The position numbers and the translations under genes were made by a program. 53,085 nucleotides of DNA from a virus (lineage: Duplodnaviria > Caudoviricetes). Below are positions 7,288 through 15,398 of this stretch, in pieces. Each line of letters begins with the position of its first letter. The stretch's first letter is position 1. The DNA lies in IMG/VR virus record IMGVR_UViG_3300021389_000031, positions 1-53,085 of that record, one strand, 5' to 3'. A model generated the notes under the pieces. The model did not search any database. It was not told the DNA's origin and was given only the letters and a program-made list of their open reading frames with translations.

Positions 7288-8097
7288 ATGGCTAAAGATG
7301 ACGAAGGCGACAAGTACGTCGAAGGTAAAGACTTCGAGTGGGTGACTGCTCCCGGGAGTAATTACAAGATGCGGAAGTTTTTCACTAAAGCTGAAAAGGA
7401 AGCTCTGAAGGCCCCCAAGAAGGCTGAAAAAGCTCCAGCTAAGAAAGCTCCAGCTAAGAAGACCACTACCCCTGCAACCAGCCCTCGCCCTAAGGCAAAA
7501 CCTAAGGGTCAGCTAAAGGTTGGTCCTGCACCCCGTAGCCCTAAGACTATGAATAACAAGGGTCTGACAGGTGCTGGTAAAACCTCTGGCTCAGGTGCTA
7601 CAGGTACTTGGGAGAGTGCACTTCCGGCAGGTGCTGCTGGTCTTGCTGCCATCCCCGCTTGGCGTCGTCGTGAGATCAAAGCTGGTGCAAAACCCACCCC
7701 TACAGAGATGAAGCAGATTCGCCAGCGTCCTGTACCATATAACCCCGGGGAGGTGGCTAAGGCTAAGACCTCTTCGGTCTCTGGTGCAAGTCGGGGTACC
7801 TCGGGTAAGACTGCTACAGAGACTAAACGTATTGCAATGCAGAAGCGTCTGGAGGCTAGTGGTAAGTCAGGCTCTAAAGTGAGTCTCCCCCCAAAAGCTA
7901 GGGGTGGTGGTTCGTCTAACTCTGGTGCCCCTGCAGCCCCCAAGAGCAACTCTCTTCGTAGCCGTGTACTCACTGCTCTTCGTCGTGGTGCCCCTGTTGG
8001 GGATATCCCTATGGGTGGCCGGATCTTGAGCCTAGATGATAAGCTTGAACGCCTGCAGTTCGCTAAAGGCGGTATGGTGAAAAAGAAGAAATGCTAA
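7288..8097 (+). CDS. Lys/Ala/Pro-rich basic protein (possible virion DNA-binding protein)
   Basis: AGGAGAG RBS; low-complexity basic sequence; ends FAKGGMVKKKKC. Confidence 0.75.
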   Translation: MAKDDEGDKYVEGKDFEWVTAPGSNYKMRKFFTKAEKEALKAPKKAEKAPAKKAPAKKTTTPATSPRPKAKPKGQLKVGPAPRSPKTMNNKGLTGAGKTSGSGATGTWESALPAGAAGLAAIPAWRRREIKAGAKPTPTEMKQIRQRPVPYNPGEVAKAKTSSVSGASRGTSGKTATETKRIAMQKRLEASGKSGSKVSLPPKARGGGSSNSGAPAAPKSNSLRSRVLTALRRGAPVGDIPMGGRILSLDDKLERLQFAKGGMVKKKKC

Positions 8098-8441
8098 AAC
8101 CTTCCCGCCTCAAGACCTATAACGTAAGTGCAGAAGTAGAGGATGAAGTCTATACTCTCTACACCTGCCCTGCGAATTGCTCCGCTCAGATGAATTTGCT
8201 TTTTTTAGCTAATGCTAATGGAAATACTTCTGTTAATGTGGGCTGGTATCGTGTACAATATGATGATACCTTCTCTATTCTGGGGGGCAAAAACTTGGTT
8301 TCAGGAGATTTTATTCAATTCTCTGATGCAGTTATTGTCTTTGAGGCGGGGGATTACCTGACGGTACAGGCCACAGGTAATGCTACGCCTGATATTGATG
8401 TCCTCTGTACTGTAGAAGAAACTTTCAAACCAGTAGGGTAA
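8091..8441 (+). CDS. Hypothetical structural protein
   Basis: TLYTCP...L.EAGD.L beta-rich pattern typical of small virion proteins. Confidence 0.7.
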   Translation: MLKPSRLKTYNVSAEVEDEVYTLYTCPANCSAQMNLLFLANANGNTSVNVGWYRVQYDDTFSILGGKNLVSGDFIQFSDAVIVFEAGDYLTVQATGNATPDIDVLCTVEETFKPVG

Positions 8442-8442
8442 C

Positions 8443-8820
8443 ATGACACGTAAATACACAGAAATGCAACAGAAATTCCTTGATGTCCTTTTTGAGGAAG
8501 CTCGGGGGGATACCTGTGTAGCTAAGAAGCTCGCTGGTTACTCCCCCAACATGCCTACAGCCCAAGTTGTTTCGGCCTTAGAAGATGAGATTAACGACCT
8601 TACGAAGAAGTTTATCTCCCGTACTGCAACCAAAGCAGCCTATGCTCTGTCAGAGGTTATGGGTAGTCCAACAGACTTGGGTAACAAAGAGAAGATTGTC
8701 GCCGCTAAGGATTTCCTTGATCGAGGGGGTTTTAGCAAGATTGAAAAACTTGAGATAAAAGCAGACAACCCTGTCTTTATCCTCCCAGCCAAGGTAGAAG
8801 ATGACGAAGATCCCGACTGA
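8443..8820 (+). CDS. Probable terminase small subunit
   Basis: TE.QQKFLD.L...AKKLAGYS HTH; AAKD.LDR.G; upstream of terL. Confidence 0.65.
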   Translation: MTRKYTEMQQKFLDVLFEEARGDTCVAKKLAGYSPNMPTAQVVSALEDEINDLTKKFISRTATKAAYALSEVMGSPTDLGNKEKIVAAKDFLDRGGFSKIEKLEIKADNPVFILPAKVEDDEDPD

Positions 8821-9199
8821 GATTGATTGGCAGCCCATTTTCAGGGTCTCTCGTAGAGTCCCTTGGGGGTATCGTAATGACCCAGAAGACCCCGATATCC
8901 TACTCCCAATTCCAGACGAACTTAATCTCCTAGAAGAAGCAAAACTACACGTAAAACAGTACAGCTACCGCGCAGTAGCAGAGTGGCTCACAGAGAAATC
9001 TGGGCGCTCTATCTCCCACGCGGGGCTTAGACATAGGGTTCTCATTGAAAAGCAACGACTTCAACATGAACGAAACGTCGAGCACATTGCCAAGAGGTAC
9101 GCCGAACTCCTCGAAAAGGCGAAAAAGCTCGAAGAGTCGCGTCTTGGAAAAGCCTCTAACCACAACCTCCCACGCAAAAGCCAAACCAGCGGAGATTGA
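8801..9199 (+). CDS. Recombinase-domain-like DNA-binding protein
   Basis: PWGY....L.P...E......SYR.VAEWL....ISH.GL. Confidence 0.6.
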   Translation: MTKIPTEIDWQPIFRVSRRVPWGYRNDPEDPDILLPIPDELNLLEEAKLHVKQYSYRAVAEWLTEKSGRSISHAGLRHRVLIEKQRLQHERNVEHIAKRYAELLEKAKKLEESRLGKASNHNLPRKSQTSGD

Positions 9200-10604
9200 T
9201 GTAGAGAAGGCTCAAGAAGTCATCTTCCAACCCAATCCCGGACCCCAGACCAACTTCCTCTCTGCAGCAGAACAAGAGGTAATGTATGGGGGAGCAGCGG
9301 GCGGCGGTAAAAGCTATGCCATGCTTGCAGACCCTGTGAGGAACTTCAACAACCCTCACGCCAAGCAACTTCTTGTACGCCGCTCTACGGAAGAGCTTCG
9401 AGAACTTATTTCCGTCTCAAAACAACTCTATCCTAAAGCTATTCCCGGTATCCGTTGGTTGGAGAGAGAAAAGACTTGGATCGCTCCGTCTGGAGCTTCC
9501 TTGTGGATGTCCTACCTAGACTCAGATGATGACGTTCTGCGGTACCAAGGACAGGCATTTTCTTGGATAGGTTTTGACGAACTTACCCAATGGCCAACTC
9601 CATACGCTTGGAACTACCTCCGGTCACGTCTCCGCACTACAAAAGACTCTGGCTTGAAGTTATATCAAAGATCTACAACGAACCCCGGTGGTCCCGGTAT
9701 GCAGTGGGTTAAGAAGATGTTTGTGAACCCTGCCCCTCCGGGCAAGGCTTTTTGGGCTACAGACATTGAGACAGCTAAGGTTATCACTTGGCCTAAAGGT
9801 CATTCCAGAGAGGGGCAACCTCTTTTTAAGCGTAGGTTTATTCCTGCTACACTCTTCGACAACCCCTACCTGTCAGAAGATGGTATGTATGAAGCTAACC
9901 TTCTGTCTCTCCCTGAACACCAGAGAAAACAACTCCTTGATGGTAACTGGGATGTGAACGAGGGGGCTGCTTTCCCCGAATTCAATCAAACCTTGCATAT
10001 AATAGAACCTTATGATATACCTAGGTCATGGGTCAAGTTCCGTGCAGCAGACTACGGATACGGTTCTCACTCTGGTGTTGTCTGGTTTGCAGTCTGCCCT
10101 AATGGGCAGCTTATTATCTATCGGGAGCTTTATGTCTCCAAGGTAACTGCAGTAGATCTTGCAGATATGATCCTTGATTTGGAGAGTGATGAGAACATCC
10201 GCTATGGCGTCCTTGATAGTTCTCTTTGGCATAATCGTGGTGATCGAGGTCCTTCTCTGGCAGAACAAATGATCCAACGGGGTTGTCGCTGGCGTCCAGC
10301 AGATCGCTCCAGAGGCTCTCGTGTTGCTGGTAAAAACAAGATCCACCACTTGTTGCAAGTAGATCCCTACTCGGAGTTACCGGGTATCCAGATCTTCAAT
10401 ACCTGTCGTGGGCTTATTTCTCAAATACCAGCACTACCTCTAGACAAGAAGAACCCCGAGGATATTGACACCAACTCTGAAGATCACCTCTATGATGCTC
10501 TTCGGTATGGTGTTATGACAAGACCTAAGAGTCATCTCTTTGACTATGATCCCGCTTCATCACGTAGCGGCTTTCAGATTGCAGAACCTACTTTTGGTTA
10601 TTGA
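9045..10604 (+). CDS. terL: Terminase large subunit (true start probably somewhat downstream)
   Basis: Walker A GGAAGGGKS, Walker B IGFDELT, TTNPGG, nuclease DYG and DHLYDALRY. Confidence 0.95.
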   Translation: MKSNDFNMNETSSTLPRGTPNSSKRRKSSKSRVLEKPLTTTSHAKAKPAEIDVEKAQEVIFQPNPGPQTNFLSAAEQEVMYGGAAGGGKSYAMLADPVRNFNNPHAKQLLVRRSTEELRELISVSKQLYPKAIPGIRWLEREKTWIAPSGASLWMSYLDSDDDVLRYQGQAFSWIGFDELTQWPTPYAWNYLRSRLRTTKDSGLKLYQRSTTNPGGPGMQWVKKMFVNPAPPGKAFWATDIETAKVITWPKGHSREGQPLFKRRFIPATLFDNPYLSEDGMYEANLLSLPEHQRKQLLDGNWDVNEGAAFPEFNQTLHIIEPYDIPRSWVKFRAADYGYGSHSGVVWFAVCPNGQLIIYRELYVSKVTAVDLADMILDLESDENIRYGVLDSSLWHNRGDRGPSLAEQMIQRGCRWRPADRSRGSRVAGKNKIHHLLQVDPYSELPGIQIFNTCRGLISQIPALPLDKKNPEDIDTNSEDHLYDALRYGVMTRPKSHLFDYDPASSRSGFQIAEPTFGY

Positions 10605-10609
10605 GGTTA

Positions 10610-10747
10610 ATGATGGGGATTGTCACTATTAGGAGGCGTTGTGGTGGGGCAATGCTAAGGGTAAAAAAGTCAATAAATTGGATTCTTTTTGCACGTAAGT
10701 GGGATGACAGTGGTATATGGATAGACGAGGGTACTTGGGATGATTAA
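10610..10747 (+). CDS. Small Trp/Asp-rich protein (45 aa)
   Basis: GAGG RBS; ends WILFARKWDDSGIWIDEGTWDD; overlaps the tailspike start. Confidence 0.55.
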   Translation: MMGIVTIRRRCGGAMLRVKKSINWILFARKWDDSGIWIDEGTWDD

Positions 10748-12947
10748 TAACGGTGAAAGTGGTTTTAGTGTAAGACAAAAACTAAATACTGCGTTGGAAG
10801 AGATTGATAGGCTAACCGAAATTCTTGATGATCCTCAGCCGTGGCTGGATACAGTAACCGCACTATTGGCAGATACCACGCTGACATACACTGCTGGTCA
10901 AACCGGGACCGTCACGATGGGTCAGTATATCATGACGCGGGCCGAGGGGTTCAGCTACAGCGTGGCTGCTAGTGGTGCATCGGATCACCACATCACCACG
11001 GCGGGCGGGGTTAAGCTGTATGCGCTGTCTGGCGACGTGAGGGCCTTCGGCGCTGTCGGTGATGGCGTGACCAATGATGCCGACGCTTTGATCGATGCTC
11101 TTGGAACTGGTCGAGAAGTGATCATTCCCGAAACTTCGTTCATTTCTTTGTCGGCAGGTCAGGTTCAGACGTTTATCGAGAACCTAAACCTCGTATCGCC
11201 GAAGCAGATCACGGAGTTTCTTTTGCCCGCAGGTGATCACGCGATCACGCAGCAGGTCGAGTTGACAAATCCAGACGCGCGGAACATTGTGATCAAGGGC
11301 GATGTTCGCGCTCAAGTTTCGTTGACTGCTGCGGTCAGTGTTGGCGGCGGCCCGCGCGCTCATAGCATCCGCTGCACGCTTTCCGATGCCAGCGATGTGG
11401 AGGTCGATGATTATCTCTACATCGGCTACACCAGCGGCACAGGCGTTTTCAACGCGGTTGAGGGCGTTTGGAAGGTCACGGCGAAATCTGGCAGCGACGT
11501 GACAGTCAAGAACACGATTAACGCTGCGTGGCCAACGATGACGGCGAGCGGCGGGCGTGTTGTTCCGCTCAAGACCATTCTTCGCTGGCCTGTTTCACAG
11601 CGCGGCCTTGCGATCTCTGGATGTCAGCTTCGCACGCTTGAGAACCTCGTTCTGGCGAGCCAGTTTGACATCACATCTGGATCGCCTGTCGATAGCTATT
11701 CTGATGGCCTTCAGGTCGGCACTGCATCCGACCAATTGAACACGGGCAGCTTCGAAAGCCAGCAAACGAACGGCGGCGAAATCTGGTGTAAGAATGTCGG
11801 CATCGTGGAGTGGGAAGGCAACGGCGTCCAGACTTTGGGTGGCAATGCTTACTTCTCCCAAGCTGCGGCCTGTTCCAATGGCTGGCGTGGCTTTCAGGCG
11901 GCGCGCACGGGCACGGTTGCGTGCAAGGCCTGCATTGCCAGCGGCAACGGCGCATCAGGCTTTGAGGCGGAAGCTATGGGCTTCACGAACGCCGATGATG
12001 GCGTTGCCGTAGGAAATTGGCAGCAAGGCGTTTTTGTCATTGGAGCCGCCAGCGTCAGTTTCATTGATGGCTTTTCCTTGCTGAACCAAAACGTAGGCCT
12101 CGATGCTCGTAACTACGGCACCATCCTTGCCGATGGCGCGAAAGTCGATGGCAACGTTCTTCGCGGGATCAATTCTATTGCAGGCAACGTCTTGTTCGGC
12201 GCAGGCGCGACCGCATCAAACAACGGAACAGGTGTCGGCATATCGGTCGATGTCAACACCTCAGAGGGTGGCATCGTCAACGGAAACGGCGCGTCCAGCC
12301 TCGGGATCATTCAAACTTCCACCACGACATCTTCCGTTGTGATTGACACTGACGGCGAGCAGATTTGGGGCAATGGGCTTTTTGTCGAAACCCGGTCAAC
12401 TGGTGCAAAAAACGCTATCAGAAACACCTCAATTGCTGACCTAGTCATTCAATCCGATGTGTCTGGCTCTGGGACATATCTTGATCTGTTGAGGATTAAG
12501 GGAAACGACGGAACATTCTTTCCAGATCAGGATGGCGTTCCCAATCTTGGTCGGGCTTCTGAGCGGTGGGATACCGTCTTTGCCACAACGGGAACGATCA
12601 ACACATCTGACGAGACCGAAAAACAGGACATTCGCGCAGCGACTGATGCTGAAATGCAAGTGGCGCAGGCGATCAAGTCCAGTTTTAAGATGTTCCGCTT
12701 CAAAGATGCTGTTGCTCAAAAGGGCGATGGAGCGAGGTTGCACTTCGGCGTGATTGCACAAGATGTAAAAGCGGCGTTTGAGGCAGAGGGTCTTGACCCA
12801 GAGCGCTACGGAATTTTCTGCTCGAACACTTGGTGGGTCGGTGCAGATGGAAATGTGCATGATGAACCATCTGGCGGGCTGACCGAAGTCACTCGCCTTG
12901 GCGTTCGCTATGAAGAACTGCTGGCCTTTGTGGTCGCTGCAATTTGA
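10740..12947 (+). CDS. Tailspike/depolymerase with beta-helix and C-terminal S74 intramolecular chaperone
   Basis: VRAFGAVGDGVTND entry motif, Gly/Asn beta-helix repeats, NTSD cleavage motif, HFGVIAQ, GVRYEEL. Confidence 0.88.
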   Translation: MINNGESGFSVRQKLNTALEEIDRLTEILDDPQPWLDTVTALLADTTLTYTAGQTGTVTMGQYIMTRAEGFSYSVAASGASDHHITTAGGVKLYALSGDVRAFGAVGDGVTNDADALIDALGTGREVIIPETSFISLSAGQVQTFIENLNLVSPKQITEFLLPAGDHAITQQVELTNPDARNIVIKGDVRAQVSLTAAVSVGGGPRAHSIRCTLSDASDVEVDDYLYIGYTSGTGVFNAVEGVWKVTAKSGSDVTVKNTINAAWPTMTASGGRVVPLKTILRWPVSQRGLAISGCQLRTLENLVLASQFDITSGSPVDSYSDGLQVGTASDQLNTGSFESQQTNGGEIWCKNVGIVEWEGNGVQTLGGNAYFSQAAACSNGWRGFQAARTGTVACKACIASGNGASGFEAEAMGFTNADDGVAVGNWQQGVFVIGAASVSFIDGFSLLNQNVGLDARNYGTILADGAKVDGNVLRGINSIAGNVLFGAGATASNNGTGVGISVDVNTSEGGIVNGNGASSLGIIQTSTTTSSVVIDTDGEQIWGNGLFVETRSTGAKNAIRNTSIADLVIQSDVSGSGTYLDLLRIKGNDGTFFPDQDGVPNLGRASERWDTVFATTGTINTSDETEKQDIRAATDAEMQVAQAIKSSFKMFRFKDAVAQKGDGARLHFGVIAQDVKAAFEAEGLDPERYGIFCSNTWWVGADGNVHDEPSGGLTEVTRLGVRYEELLAFVVAAI

Positions 12948-13051
12948 GGAGAAGTGAAATGACAATTCGACAACAAGGTGGAGTTACACTAAATTCAGGA
13001 AACAAAATATGGAAATAAACGATAAGCTAGTATTTGAAGAAGGCCCTTTTA

Positions 13052-13123
13052 CACTTGTTTAACTACAACCCTAATGCCCCTCGTACTGGTTTTCAGGCCA
13101 GTGATGAAAAGTTTGGATACTAA
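13052..13123 (+). pseudogene. Relic duplicate of the terL 3' end
   Basis: HLFNYNPNAPRTGFQASDEKFGY* versus TerL C-terminus HLFDYDPASSRSGFQIAEPTFGY*; 12/23 identical, no gaps. Confidence 0.8.
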
Positions 13124-13125
13124 TA

Positions 13126-15213
13126 ATGAAAACTGACGACAGAGTGTTGATGGATGAAGCTGTAGCCTCCGGGCTTAAGGACCGTTCAAAAGGTGACTAT
13201 GTTGATCGTCCTGCGGGGCAAATCTCCCAACTCGTACGGGAGAAGTACAATCGTGCATCTGATGCCCGTCAAGGGGAAGAGACTCGTTGGCTTAGGGCCT
13301 ACCGCAACTATCGGGGTATTTATGGCCCAGATGTCCAATTCACTGAGACAGAGAAGTCCCGAGTCTTTATCAAGGTCACAAAGACTAAAGTCCTTGCGGC
13401 ATATGGACAGATTACGGAAGTACTCTTCGGCAATAACCGCTTTCCCATTTCTATCAACCCCACTACCCTACCTGAGGGTGTTGTGGAGAGTGTCTATCTC
13501 GATACTAACCCACAAACATCTAGTCTGGCTCAGGGAGCCGCTCAGGGGGCACCTGCAGAGGCACCTAAGCTTCTGCCGGGGGAAACACTACGGGATTTTC
13601 GTGAGCGTCTGGGTGGCCTCTCAGCGACTCTGGAGCCTGTGAAGGATAAACTTAAGGAAGGTCCGGGTAACGGACCCACTGAAGTGGCCTTTAGCCCAGC
13701 TATGGTCTCTGCGAAGAAGATGGAGAAAAAGATCCACGACCAGCTTGAAGAATCTGATGCGAAGAAACAACTCCGCTCATCTGCTTTTGAAGCTGCACTC
13801 TTCGGCACAGGGGTCATGAAAGGTCCCTTCGCTGCAGATAAAGAGTATCCTAATTGGGATGATGAAGGTAACTACGACCCCACTATCAAAATCACCCCTC
13901 AAACTTCCTATGTGTCCCTTTGGGACTTCTACCCGGACCCAGACGCACGTAATATGGAAGAGGCTGAATTTGTGGTTCAACGCCACAAGATGTCTCGCTC
14001 CAAGCTTCGGGCACTCAAGCGCCGACCCTTCTTCCGCACCAATGCCATTGATTCTGCCCTCGTGAGTGGTGAGAGTTACATTAAAGAGTGGTGGGAGCAG
14101 GCTATGGAGGATGATGAAGACCAAGGGACTCAAGTAGAACGCTTTGAGGTCCTTGAGTTCTGGGGGTATATGGATACCTCCGCACTGAAGAAATACGGGG
14201 TGGAGATCCCCTCAGAACTTCGTGATAAGGATGAGGTCTCGGTAAACATCTGGCTTTGTAATGACCAGATCCTCCGTCTTGTCATGAACCCCTTTAAGCC
14301 TGCCTACCTACCTTACTATGCGGTGCCCTATGAGATTAACCCCTACAGTTTCTTTGGGGTAGGTGTGGCTGAGAATATGGATGACACTCAGACCTTGATG
14401 AATGGTTTCATGCGTATGTCTATTGATAACGCAGCCTTGTCCGGGAACCTTATTATCGAGATTGATGAGTCAAACTTGGTTCCGGGCCAAGACCTTTCTG
14501 TCTACCCCGGTAAGGTATTCCGTCGTGAAGGTGGTGCCCCGGGTCAGGCCATCTTTGGTACAAAGTTTCCCAACGTATCCAACGAGAATATGCAGATGTT
14601 TGACAAGGCACGTCAGCTTGCAGATGAGTCTACGGGCTTTCCTTCGTTTGCTCACGGACAGACGGGTATTACTGGTGTTGGTCGTACAGCCTCTGGCATT
14701 TCCATGTTGATGTCTGCTGCCAACGGCTCTATCCGCACCGTTATCAAGAACTTTGATGACTATCTCTTGGGGCCTTTGGGGCGAGCACTTTTCCACTTCA
14801 ATATGCAGTTTGACCACGACCAAGAAATCAAAGGTGACCTTGAAGTACGTGCTGAAGGTACCGAGTCCCTGATGGCTAATGAAGTTCGTAGCCAGCGGTT
14901 GATGCAGTTCCTTGGGGTTGTTCAAAACCCTGTACTAGCCCCATTTGCTAAAATGGACTACCTTATCCGTGAAATTGCTAAGAGTATGGAACTTGATCCC
15001 GATAAGGTAGCCAACTCTATGGGCGCTGCAGCTATTCAAGCTGAACTGCTTAAGAAGTTCCAAGCTGAAAATCCTCAGGTGGGGGCACCTCAAGCTCCTG
15101 CTGGGGTTCAAGCCCAAGACACTACTGGTAGCGGTGGTGGTAACATGGGGACTGGTTCCGTACCAACACCCGGAGAGCCGGGGTTCTCAGCTAACACTGG
15201 AGCTATGCAGTGA
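13126..15213 (+). CDS. Portal protein
   Basis: 695 aa after terminase; FYPDP, PY.FFGVGVAE, TASGISML motifs of podovirus portals. Confidence 0.9.
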   Translation: MKTDDRVLMDEAVASGLKDRSKGDYVDRPAGQISQLVREKYNRASDARQGEETRWLRAYRNYRGIYGPDVQFTETEKSRVFIKVTKTKVLAAYGQITEVLFGNNRFPISINPTTLPEGVVESVYLDTNPQTSSLAQGAAQGAPAEAPKLLPGETLRDFRERLGGLSATLEPVKDKLKEGPGNGPTEVAFSPAMVSAKKMEKKIHDQLEESDAKKQLRSSAFEAALFGTGVMKGPFAADKEYPNWDDEGNYDPTIKITPQTSYVSLWDFYPDPDARNMEEAEFVVQRHKMSRSKLRALKRRPFFRTNAIDSALVSGESYIKEWWEQAMEDDEDQGTQVERFEVLEFWGYMDTSALKKYGVEIPSELRDKDEVSVNIWLCNDQILRLVMNPFKPAYLPYYAVPYEINPYSFFGVGVAENMDDTQTLMNGFMRMSIDNAALSGNLIIEIDESNLVPGQDLSVYPGKVFRREGGAPGQAIFGTKFPNVSNENMQMFDKARQLADESTGFPSFAHGQTGITGVGRTASGISMLMSAANGSIRTVIKNFDDYLLGPLGRALFHFNMQFDHDQEIKGDLEVRAEGTESLMANEVRSQRLMQFLGVVQNPVLAPFAKMDYLIREIAKSMELDPDKVANSMGAAAIQAELLKKFQAENPQVGAPQAPAGVQAQDTTGSGGGNMGTGSVPTPGEPGFSANTGAMQ

Positions 15214-15398
15214 ACCTAAAACCTTTTGTGAATAACAAGGAACTCTACGAGGACTTCTTGGAGTTTCTTGACACAGCTATTGCTAAAGAGCACAAGAGTC
15301 TGGAACAGGCTATAGATATGGCAACGGTATACCGCACTCAAGGGTCTTTGTTTACCCTACGTAGGATGAAGACTTTGAAGGAGCAGGTTAATGGCTGA
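15210..15398 (+). CDS. Small conserved protein after the portal
   Basis: YR.QG....LR.L..LKE.V pattern. Confidence 0.75.
   Translation: MNLKPFVNNKELYEDFLEFLDTAIAKEHKSLEQAIDMATVYRTQGSLFTLRRMKTLKEQVNG

Noticed and set aside
8801-9199. Integrase (with the tRNA as attP)
   Set aside because: No catalytic serine or tyrosine recombinase domain is seen in the window, and the tRNA is full-length rather than a 3' fragment.
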